DNA of 64,000 bases from an uncultured Victivallales bacterium (lineage in GTDB: Bacteria > Verrucomicrobiota > Lentisphaeria > Victivallales > UBA1829), in contig CALXRL010000014.1 in assembly GCA_944390735.1 (NCBI GenBank), forward strand, positions 1,441 through 65,440, read 5' to 3'. Positions 17,272 to 24,981 of the stretch are shown here, one piece after another. Numbering within the stretch: the stretch's first letter is position 1; each line of letters opens with the position of its first letter. The notes under the pieces were generated by a model. It ran no database searches and was not told where the DNA came from. It saw only the letters and a program-made list of their open reading frames with translations. The position numbers and the translations under genes are program-made.

Positions 17272-20200
17272 ATGAAACGTCAGATAACGGTTCTGTTTTT
17301 TTCCGCTGTTCTTCTGCTCTCCGCCGGACCCACGCAGGAGACAACGGATTTTATTGCGACCATTCAGCTGGGACAGCATCTGCTGGAACGCAAACTCGTC
17401 GCTCCGCATTTTTCGCCGATTCAGCGTCATTTCCCGGATGCGGTGAAGAAAATTTTCGCGATGTCTCCGGAGGCCGCCCGGCGCGAACTGGAGGCGTTCG
17501 AGGATGTGATGCTTCAGCTTTCCGCCCGCTGCACCGGTCAGCCGTATTCCCCGAATGTGGGATGGAATACGAAAAAAAGAGCGGCGGATTATGAAAAGAA
17601 TCTTCAGGAAACCCATGACGACTGGAAATACAACAGTCGGAGTCTTGCCCGGTTCGGATTGAAGGCGGATGCGGAATTCGAATGGAAGCGCCTTCAGGAA
17701 CTCCGCGGGGAAGCGCCCCGTCTGAAGACTCTGCCGGTGGACCCGCGTTTTGACCGCGCGTTCTCATTTTACAAGCAGATCGCGGAGGAACGTTTCCGGC
17801 TCGGCGGTCAGATCATTCTGTTCGAAAATGAACTGGATGCGCTTCTCCGCACGGCGGAATTCCGCCAGTCGCTCGGCGGTGCGGAGAAAAAGCTTTCCGC
17901 TGCCCCGATCCGCGCCCTGCTGAAACAGTGGAGAAGCTTCTACAATCAGAAAAACTATCTGCGCTGCGCCGATCTGGAAGAGAAAACGGCGGAGAAGATC
18001 GCCGAGCTGAAGAAGCTGGTGTTCGCTTCCGATGGAAAGACGCCGGATGTGCGTCCGGGCACCAGTTTTCTGAGCACGGGAATTTTCGGCTTCGGCGGAA
18101 ACTGGCAGGTTCTGCTGAATACCAATGCGCGGTACGGAAGTCTCTATCTTTCCCGCGAAAACGAGTTCCGGATGTATGAGAATTCCAAATTCGACTGGGA
18201 GGTCTCCTTCGATGCGGAAAACGCCACCTGTTCCCGCTATGAACTTGACGGCGGATCGTGGACGTATGCAAAACGCAAGAACATTTACAGAAATTCCGTG
18301 ACCGGAAAAGAGGAGATTATCGACGTCTACTGGAGCGTCCTTGCTCCGGGCGTTCTCTTCGATGCGCACGGGAAAGCCGTTTCCGTCGTGGAAAGTTCGC
18401 TTGGCGTTCCGGTCGCCCCCGATGCGGTCGCGGGCGTCTTCGACGGAAAGGTGCGCCTGATTCCTCAAGGAAATCCCATTCCCTCCAGGCGCATGAGCGA
18501 AGGATGGCTTCTGCTGCTCTGGAACGGGAATCCGGCGCCGAAACTGCCGGTTCTGCTTTTCTTTGAACAGGCGCCCGATCAGCTGGAATGGGGCGGAGGA
18601 GGGTTCCGGATCGCGCGATCTCCGGAAGTCGGAAAATATGCGGCGGCTACACTTTACGGCGCCGTTGCGCAGAAGCCCGATTTCGGAGGAAACTGGAAAA
18701 CTCTTCCCGCGGATGTTCTGAAACAGTGTCGTGCCGTGGCCCGGCATCTGGCATTCTATCCGCTGGATGCGGATGAGTTTTTTGCGTTCGGGAAGAATGG
18801 GTCGGTCCGGATCTGGAACAAGATCCGGAAAGCGGTCCGTCTGGACGGAAACTGGACAGCAAAAGCGCCCGCGTATGTTCCGTTTCCGCCGGCTTACACG
18901 CTGAGTGCGGATGTCCGTCCGGATCAGCCCCTTTCCGAGCCGCTGATGGCCACCCGTTTCGGATTCTACCGGACCGTTCCCGGAGAGGTGATCAGCTATT
19001 CGCTTTCCGCGCCCGATCTTCTGGAGCGTTTTGTCCTCAAACCGGTCTCCGGGGAGGAGCGGTATCTCAAACAGCTCAACGACACGATTCTGGCACACAG
19101 GGGAGGCAATGCGTGGGACAATTTTGTGCGGGATCGTCGTTCCGGTCAGGTTCTGGAACTGGCGGCCGGATTCTGCATGCTCTCCGGGGAGGCTCGGGAT
19201 GTGCTGAATCAGCAGCGACTTCCCGACCAGCTGGAGCTTTCGATCACGGGGGAGATGAGTATCAGCGGAGCTCGGGAACTGGACGGGCGGTCCCGTCTTC
19301 CCGACTATCTGATCGAGCCGAACACCGGGCGTTCCGCCTTTCTCGGCGGCTGGCGCGGACGCAATCAGGGCGGAGCGGGAAGCGGACGCGGCGATATGAC
19401 GCTGTTCAATCAGCAGCCGCTGTTCCATGCCTTCGGACAGGCCGTTCTGTTCGGGCGGTGGGATCTGGTGGAACGCTACTGGACCCGTCTGAAGGATCTG
19501 TACAGCGCGGTCGATTTCAACCAGCCGTGGCAGACTCCCGGGATGAACACGCTGACCAGCGGTCTGATTCTCTACGGCGACATGTATGGCGACGGATTCC
19601 GCTGTTACAATCTCATGTACCGTCTTGCCCGGGGCATGGGCGATGAGGAACTGGCCGCGCGCGCCCGCTATCTCGCCGCAAAACAGACCGCAACCACGAT
19701 CAACTTCCTTTCGCCAAACGTGATTGCGTATAATGCGCATGTCAAGAACATTCCCGCGGCGTCCGCTCCGGATTCCGCCATCGGCCAGCTCGGGATCTCC
19801 CAGTACGGATTCCGCACCGCTCCCTGGAAACCCTACGCGAAAGATGCGTGGAACGCTCCGTTCCAGACCGTCGGATGCACCAACGACTATCCGTTCTACG
19901 GCATTCTGCTGCGCTACTGTTATCCCGATTCGAAACTCTGGCTCGATACCTTTGCAAAGGCGATTCCGGAATGGCACGATCCGGTCTATCTCTACGAACA
20001 GCGCGGCGAACGGGTGAACAACGCGTGGAATTATCTGAAATACATGGCGTGGTCCAGCCGGGACCGTCGCGCGGTCCGGGCCCTCTATGAAACCGCCTTT
20101 CCCGCGGATTATTCCAGAACGAAGCCGCTCTTTTCCTTTCGGGGAAAGATGTGGGAGGCTCTCTACCGACGTCTTCACATGAACGAATGGTTTCAGCGGG

Positions 20201-21228
20201 GCAATGTGCTGCCGCATATCATCGGACAGAACGATCCGGTGTGGATCGGCGATTTCGGACGGGCGCGTCTGGTTTCCGGCGTCTACGACCGGGAAAAACG
20301 GCATGTGCGGATCGAACTGACCTCCTCCCGTCCGGATACGCTGACGGTCGTTTCGATGGTCAAACCGCTCCGCATTCTCCGGAACGGAACGCCGCTTGCA
20401 ATCCGGCGCGGCGACTGGGAGTTCGCCTATGAGATCCCGCTTCCCGAGGGAAACAACGCCGTCGAGCTTTTCCTTCCGGAATTCCGGGTGGAGGAGTATC
20501 CGTTTCCGAAGCGGGGAAAGCCGTCGCCGGTGCAGAATCTGGCAAAGGCGCCAAAGCCGCAGAAACTGCAGCGGTCATCCGCCCTTCCGTCCGAATTCAA
20601 AGTCGGGCCGGTGACGATGCTGGATCTTGCGCCGTTCTGCAACCTGGGATTTTCCGATTCTCCTGAAAACATGGTGCGCAAGGAGTTCTGGAAGTTTCCG
20701 AAGAAGGATGTCATTCGCGGAGTCCCGTTCCGCTTCACGGATCCCGCCGTCAACGGGGGAAAAAGCATGATTGCCCTGCGGGGACGTTACCGGAAGACGC
20801 TTCCTTTGCTCGTCCGCTCCATTCCGGTGAACAAGGTGCCGAAACGGATCTTCTTTCTCCACGGCATGTGTTACAATGCGGACAATGGAAAGGTGGTGAC
20901 CTATCGTCTGAACTTCGCCGACGGACAGACCCGGGAGATCGCGATCTATGCCGGGATCGGAACCGGCGAATGGAAGGTCGCACCCGGAGGAACGCATCTG
21001 ACGGAAGTGCCGTTTGCTCTGACGGGCAAGGTTTATCCTCCCGTCCGGGAAGGACAGTGGGGCGAGGGGGCGGGAGGATATCTCTTCGTCTGGAACAATG
21101 ATGTCCGTTCGCTCGGTGTGACCAATCAGGATGTCGATCAGCGAAGTCCGGCCTGTGTGAAGTCGATTGATCTGATTTCCGCGGACCGTTCGGTTCCGCT
21201 TCTGTTCGCGATCACGGTGGAGGAGTAG
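17272..21228 (+). CDS. Very large secreted protein (1318 aa), no family recognised
   Basis: MKRQITVLFFSAVLLLSAGP signal at ATG 17272. Balanced amino-acid composition throughout, unlike the R/G/P-rich antisense ORF 17764..20304. Last gene of the AraC-divergent operon. Confidence 0.8.
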   Translation: MKRQITVLFFSAVLLLSAGPTQETTDFIATIQLGQHLLERKLVAPHFSPIQRHFPDAVKKIFAMSPEAARRELEAFEDVMLQLSARCTGQPYSPNVGWNTKKRAADYEKNLQETHDDWKYNSRSLARFGLKADAEFEWKRLQELRGEAPRLKTLPVDPRFDRAFSFYKQIAEERFRLGGQIILFENELDALLRTAEFRQSLGGAEKKLSAAPIRALLKQWRSFYNQKNYLRCADLEEKTAEKIAELKKLVFASDGKTPDVRPGTSFLSTGIFGFGGNWQVLLNTNARYGSLYLSRENEFRMYENSKFDWEVSFDAENATCSRYELDGGSWTYAKRKNIYRNSVTGKEEIIDVYWSVLAPGVLFDAHGKAVSVVESSLGVPVAPDAVAGVFDGKVRLIPQGNPIPSRRMSEGWLLLLWNGNPAPKLPVLLFFEQAPDQLEWGGGGFRIARSPEVGKYAAATLYGAVAQKPDFGGNWKTLPADVLKQCRAVARHLAFYPLDADEFFAFGKNGSVRIWNKIRKAVRLDGNWTAKAPAYVPFPPAYTLSADVRPDQPLSEPLMATRFGFYRTVPGEVISYSLSAPDLLERFVLKPVSGEERYLKQLNDTILAHRGGNAWDNFVRDRRSGQVLELAAGFCMLSGEARDVLNQQRLPDQLELSITGEMSISGARELDGRSRLPDYLIEPNTGRSAFLGGWRGRNQGGAGSGRGDMTLFNQQPLFHAFGQAVLFGRWDLVERYWTRLKDLYSAVDFNQPWQTPGMNTLTSGLILYGDMYGDGFRCYNLMYRLARGMGDEELAARARYLAAKQTATTINFLSPNVIAYNAHVKNIPAASAPDSAIGQLGISQYGFRTAPWKPYAKDAWNAPFQTVGCTNDYPFYGILLRYCYPDSKLWLDTFAKAIPEWHDPVYLYEQRGERVNNAWNYLKYMAWSSRDRRAVRALYETAFPADYSRTKPLFSFRGKMWEALYRRLHMNEWFQRGNVLPHIIGQNDPVWIGDFGRARLVSGVYDREKRHVRIELTSSRPDTLTVVSMVKPLRILRNGTPLAIRRGDWEFAYEIPLPEGNNAVELFLPEFRVEEYPFPKRGKPSPVQNLAKAPKPQKLQRSSALPSEFKVGPVTMLDLAPFCNLGFSDSPENMVRKEFWKFPKKDVIRGVPFRFTDPAVNGGKSMIALRGRYRKTLPLLVRSIPVNKVPKRIFFLHGMCYNADNGKVVTYRLNFADGQTREIAIYAGIGTGEWKVAPGGTHLTEVPFALTGKVYPPVREGQWGEGAGGYLFVWNNDVRSLGVTNQDVDQRSPACVKSIDLISADRSVPLLFAITVEE

Positions 21229-21299
21229 GTCCGGTCGGAAGAAAAGAGAAAAAAACGGGATCGTTCCGGCGGCGCCGGATGCCGGGACGGTCGGCTGTC

Positions 21300-21340
21300 G
21301 GAGACGGAAGGGGGGGGAAATCCGTCTCCTCTGTTCTGTC
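21300..21340 (+). terminator. Candidate intrinsic terminator after the 1318-aa gene
   Basis: GGAGACGGA-aggggggggaaa-TCCGTCTCC (9-bp stem) followed by a T-rich tctgttctgtcggatttt. Confidence 0.45.
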
Positions 21341-21371
21341 GGATTTTCCACGGAAAGAAGAGAGGGAGTCA

Positions 21372-21400
21372 TTTGCAAATCCGAGCTTCCGGGGTATATT
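21372..21400 (+). promoter_or_regulatory. Candidate sigma70 promoter about 500 nt upstream of the aquaporin gene
   Basis: TTTGCA-aatccgagcttccgggg(17)-TATATT. The 15-mer TTCCGGGGTATATTG is identical to the promoter at 36379-36393. Confidence 0.5.
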
Positions 21401-21471
21401 GACAGACAGCAGAAAAATCGGCGCACACCGTCCATTTATTCTGTGGCAGAGACGAGTGGGAGAAACGGATC

Positions 21472-21828
21472 TTGAACAGACGGGAAGCCAGGCGGCGCAG
21501 AGATCGGGCAATGCTGACGATTGTCATGGTCCTGCTGCTTCAGATTTTCAATGGTATGGACTGGAACTGCATGTTTGTCTTCCATTCCGGCGCCTGTGAC
21601 GCCAATTGCCGAATGGAACATCGGACGGAAGCAATCTGTCAGACGGATCGAGACGATCTGCTGATGAGTCTGAGTTCATCGGAGCTCCCGTTTGATTCGG
21701 ATTTTGATTTCATCTCTTCGCAATCCGGGAAAAAGATTCTCTCCTTTGATTTTCCCAATGTTCTGTTCCGGCGTTTGGGACAGAATAGCAGACCTCCGCC
21801 GGAAGAGCTGGTTCCGCTGCGTTGCTGA
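21472..21828 (+). CDS. Possible small membrane-anchored Cys-containing protein (118 aa), hypothetical
   Basis: TTG start preceded by GGGAGA 8 nt upstream. N-terminus NRREARRRRDRA is followed by the hydrophobic MLTIVMVLLLQIFNGM (positive-inside signal-anchor pattern), then C-x8-C-x3-C-x9-C. No family recognised; this could instead be a noncoding leader. Confidence 0.35.
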   Translation: MNRREARRRRDRAMLTIVMVLLLQIFNGMDWNCMFVFHSGACDANCRMEHRTEAICQTDRDDLLMSLSSSELPFDSDFDFISSQSGKKILSFDFPNVLFRRLGQNSRPPPEELVPLRC

Positions 21829-21907
21829 GACAGCATTCGGTTTCTCGAATCCTGTTGCAAAACCAACCACGTTTGACACGCAAGCAAAAGAAGGAGATTT
21901 TAGAAAA

Positions 21908-22555
21908 ATGAACGCGTATCGCAAATATCTGGTGGAATTTATTGGAACTTTTTTTCTGATTCTGACGATCGGCTCGACGGGAACCCTGAACGGCTCCGGC
22001 GTGATTCCGCCTCTGGCAATCGGCGGCATTCTGATGGTGATGATCTATGCCGGCGGTCCGATTTCCGGCGGACATTACAATCCTGCGGTGACCCTGGCGG
22101 TTCTGCTGCGCGGCGGCATGCCGAAGCGCGACGCCATTCCGTATATGCTTGCCCAGATTGTCGGGGGAATTGTGGGAGCGCTGGCTGTTCTGGAATTCAA
22201 GCACAATATGGGACCGGTTCCTCCGTTCCAGTTCCGGATTCACGATCTGCTCCTGTCGGAGTTTCTCTTCACATTCGCTCTGGCCTATGTCGTGCTGAAT
22301 GTGGCGACCTGTAAGAAAACGGGCGGAAATTCCTACTTCGGACTTGCCATCGGCGGAACGGTCATGGCGGGTGCATTCGCCGTTGGCGGAACGGTCTGCT
22401 CCGGAGCGTTCAATCCGGCGGTCGAGATCGGACTTGCCTGCATGAAGCTGACTCCGTGGGCCAACAGCTGGATGACCATTCTTGCCAATCTGGCAGGCGG
22501 AGCCGCCGCGGCCGGATGTTTCTATCTGATTCATCCGAAAGAGGATCGGGACTGA
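21908..22555 (+). CDS. MIP-family channel (aquaporin/glycerol facilitator-like)
   Basis: 215 aa with two NPA boxes (SGGHYNPAVT, SGAFNPAVE) and six hydrophobic segments. Confidence 0.9.
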   Translation: MNAYRKYLVEFIGTFFLILTIGSTGTLNGSGVIPPLAIGGILMVMIYAGGPISGGHYNPAVTLAVLLRGGMPKRDAIPYMLAQIVGGIVGALAVLEFKHNMGPVPPFQFRIHDLLLSEFLFTFALAYVVLNVATCKKTGGNSYFGLAIGGTVMAGAFAVGGTVCSGAFNPAVEIGLACMKLTPWANSWMTILANLAGGAAAAGCFYLIHPKEDRD

Positions 22556-22598
22556 TCCATTTTCGGAATCCTTTCGCATCGTTTCCTTCTCGTTACAG

Positions 22599-22626
22599 GT
22601 CCTTCCGCGGTTCTGCGCGGAAGGAC
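22599..22626 (+). terminator. Strong GC hairpin downstream of the aquaporin gene (no U-tract)
   Basis: GTCCTTCCGCG-gttctg-CGCGGAAGGAC, a perfect 11-bp stem. There is no T-run, so terminator function is uncertain. Confidence 0.35.
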
Positions 22627-22760
22627 GCTGAAGCGATCGTGAAGGGAACGGTCCGGGGATTGTTCCCCGAGGGGGGCCGACCCGGAAACAGGGATCATCG
22701 CATCCGGAAAAGTCCGGATGCGGGGATGAAACGATGGAACGCCCCTCTTTGTGAAAAAGT

Positions 22761-22813
22761 CCGGAAAAAGAGAAACCCGGAGGAACGTCGATGGAAAGAC
22801 ATTCCTCCGGGTT
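22761..22813 (-). terminator. Intrinsic terminator of the sulfite/nitrite reductase-like gene
   Basis: Minus strand reads AACCCGGAGGAA-16 nt-TTCCTCCGGGTT followed by TCTCTTTTTCC, 40 nt after stop 22853. Confidence 0.55.
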
Positions 22814-22852
22814 CTATTTTCTCCCGGAATTCATGGTCCGGGAACGGAACGG

Positions 22853-24346
22853 TCAGTTCAGTTTGAGCAGAGAGAAAATTTTTTCGACGGCCTGATCATC
22901 CGGAGTCGGTTCCGCTTCCGGATCGCCGAGGATCTGGTCTTCGCGGGTGCGGAGATAGAACTGCCACATTTTAGCGCCTCCTTTGAGAAGACCGTTCAAG
23001 CCGATATCCGCTGCGGGATGGGCGGTGCAGCAGCTGGGACAGCCGGAGATTTTGATTTTGCCGAGGATGGTATTTGCCTGGAGGAGTTTCTGTTCGGGTT
23101 TTCCCTGGAAATATTCGTCCAGTTTTTTCCCGATCCGCTCTCCGAGTTCCGGGGAGTTCAGAACACCGATTTTGCAGACGGTGCATCCGATGCAGGTTAC
23201 GACCTGTCCGACAAAGGATTTCAGCGTGGTGTCGACTCCCGGCAGGAGGGTCAGCAGATCATCGTAGAGAGCCGGGAGGGCGTCTGTCGGGAAGTCGATG
23301 AAATAGAAGTTCCGGTCCGGGGAGAGACGGAGCTCGGCAAGCGAGTATTTTTCCATGATCCAGGCGATCGCCTCCAGATCCTTCCGTTTCAGATTTCCCC
23401 AGGGAACCCGGACATGAACCAGCGTTTCGCCCTCCTTCAGCGCGGGGAGCGTGTTCAGCTGTTTCCATTCCTCCAGTCCCGGCTGCAGATGGGCGCTGAA
23501 GCTTCTGGGGAGCGTACGTTCCTTCGCGGGAGCCGGGGAAGGGGTGATGGCGGGGGCTTCCGCCTTTTCATAATAGGAGCGGTACAGTCGGACAAATTCC
23601 TCCGCTCCCAGATTTTTAACAATGTAACGAATGCGGGCAAGTGCGCGGTTCTGACGATTTCCGTGATCCGAGAAGAGATCAATCATGGCTTTGGCCGCTC
23701 TGGCGAGATCCTGCGCGGGAATGAAATCGAACAGAAGCACGCCTTCGGCGCTGTTGCGTCCGATTCCGCCGCCGCCCCATACCTTGAACCCTTTTTCGGA
23801 GCCGTTCTTCACGGCGAGGAAGCCGAGATCCTGCACTCTGGCAAAGTGTTCGTCCTGGGGGGCGTCGAAGAGTCCGATCTTGATTTTCCGGGGCAGTTCA
23901 AACGCCTTGTCGACGGTGAAGATATATTTTTTCAGTTCATCGGCATAGGGAATGATGTCGAAAACGGATTCCCTGCGAAGTCCGCTGAGGGTGGAGGTGA
24001 GAATATTGCGGAAGGTGTCTCCGCCGCCGCCTCGGAAGGGGAGTCCCTCTTCTCCGCAGAGATCCATGATCGGGGAGATGCGGGTCGGCTGCACATCATG
24101 AAGCTGAATATCCTGACGGGTGGTCAGATGCAGATAGCCTGCCTCGCTGGCATTGGCAATCCGGATCACTTTGCGCAGCGTTTCCAGCGGGAGTCTTCCG
24201 CCGTTGATGCGGAGACGCATCATGAACAGATCGTTTTTCTGCTGATATATTCCATACGGGGAAAAGAATCCTTTGATTTCCGAAGCCTTTCGGGTTCCGG
24301 CGAGATATTCTGCAAGCGCGTTCTTGGCTTTGGAATAGTCGTACAT
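22853..24346 (-). CDS. Nitrite/sulfite reductase family hemoprotein (siroheme-[4Fe-4S] type)
   Basis: MYDYSKAKNALAEYL..., FMMRLRINGGRLP, LHLTTRQDIQLH, and a C-terminal Cys cluster (VTCIGCTVCKIG...ISGCPSCC). The ATG at 24346 is preferred over the track start 24430. Confidence 0.8.
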   Translation of the reverse strand: MYDYSKAKNALAEYLAGTRKASEIKGFFSPYGIYQQKNDLFMMRLRINGGRLPLETLRKVIRIANASEAGYLHLTTRQDIQLHDVQPTRISPIMDLCGEEGLPFRGGGGDTFRNILTSTLSGLRRESVFDIIPYADELKKYIFTVDKAFELPRKIKIGLFDAPQDEHFARVQDLGFLAVKNGSEKGFKVWGGGGIGRNSAEGVLLFDFIPAQDLARAAKAMIDLFSDHGNRQNRALARIRYIVKNLGAEEFVRLYRSYYEKAEAPAITPSPAPAKERTLPRSFSAHLQPGLEEWKQLNTLPALKEGETLVHVRVPWGNLKRKDLEAIAWIMEKYSLAELRLSPDRNFYFIDFPTDALPALYDDLLTLLPGVDTTLKSFVGQVVTCIGCTVCKIGVLNSPELGERIGKKLDEYFQGKPEQKLLQANTILGKIKISGCPSCCTAHPAADIGLNGLLKGGAKMWQFYLRTREDQILGDPEAEPTPDDQAVEKIFSLLKLN

Positions 24347-24420
24347 ATTCTGATCCTTTCTGTTGAATTTCGGTTGATGGGAAAATATATCAGGAAAAAG
24401 CGTTTTTGCAACATCTTTTT

Positions 24421-24449
24421 TTGAATTCATGCCATTTCCGCACTATATT
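24421..24449 (+). promoter_or_regulatory. Candidate sigma70 promoter for the SixA / Fe-S-domain gene pair
   Basis: TTGAAT-tcatgccatttccgcac(17)-TATATT, 35 nt upstream of ATG 24484. Confidence 0.55.
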
Positions 24450-24483
24450 ACGAGGGAAAAGAGGATTGCAAAAGGGGACAGAA

Positions 24484-24981
24484 ATGGCAAAAAGACTTCA
24501 TATCATCCGGCACGGGAAAGCGGAGCCGTTCGGACTTGTTTCGTCGGATTTTCAGCGAACCCTCGCTCCGCGCGGCGCCGCCGATGCCAAAAAAGCGGGG
24601 ATCGAACTGCGAAAACGGGGAATTTCTCCGGAACTTCTGATTTCCAGTCCCGCGCCTCGGGCTCTCTACACGCTGCGATTGATTGCCGCGGAACTGAAGA
24701 GGGATCCGGACTCCGTTCTGACGGACACTCTTCTTTACGAGGGCGGAATGGAGGCGCTTCTCGGGGTGGTCCGGGCGTTTCCGGATTCGGTGGAGGAGGC
24801 GATGCTCTGCGGACACAATCCCGGAGTTTCGGAGCTTGTGGCCCGCCTCTGTGCCGCGCCCTGTCACGGAATGGGAACCGCTGAGGTCGTCTCGTTGAGT
24901 CTGGAGACGGACACCTGGCGTTCCGCCGGAGCGTGCGACTGCCGCATGATCGGTAGAATCTCTTCGGACCGGCGTGAGTGA
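24484..24981 (+). CDS. SixA-like histidine phosphatase (phosphohistidine phosphatase family)
   Basis: MAKRLHIIRHGKAEP (RHG motif)...MLCGHNPGVSELV (second catalytic His). Confidence 0.8.
   Translation: MAKRLHIIRHGKAEPFGLVSSDFQRTLAPRGAADAKKAGIELRKRGISPELLISSPAPRALYTLRLIAAELKRDPDSVLTDTLLYEGGMEALLGVVRAFPDSVEEAMLCGHNPGVSELVARLCAAPCHGMGTAEVVSLSLETDTWRSAGACDCRMIGRISSDRRE

Noticed and set aside
17764-20304. 846-aa ORF on the minus strand
   Set aside because: It is antisense to the 1318-aa secreted protein gene. The composition is Arg/Gly/Pro-biased, there is no start context, and it nests entirely within the better-supported plus-strand ORF.
22690-22720. GGAAAAGTCCGGATGCGGGG resembling the RNase P RNA GGAAAGUCCGG core
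   Set aside because: It is just the short perfect hairpin CATCCGGA-aaag-TCCGGATG. The 297-nt intergenic region is too short and lacks the other conserved RNase P elements.
22751-24424. 557-aa plus-strand ORF
   Set aside because: It is antisense to the sulfite/nitrite reductase homolog, which carries the family Cys cluster and conserved blocks.
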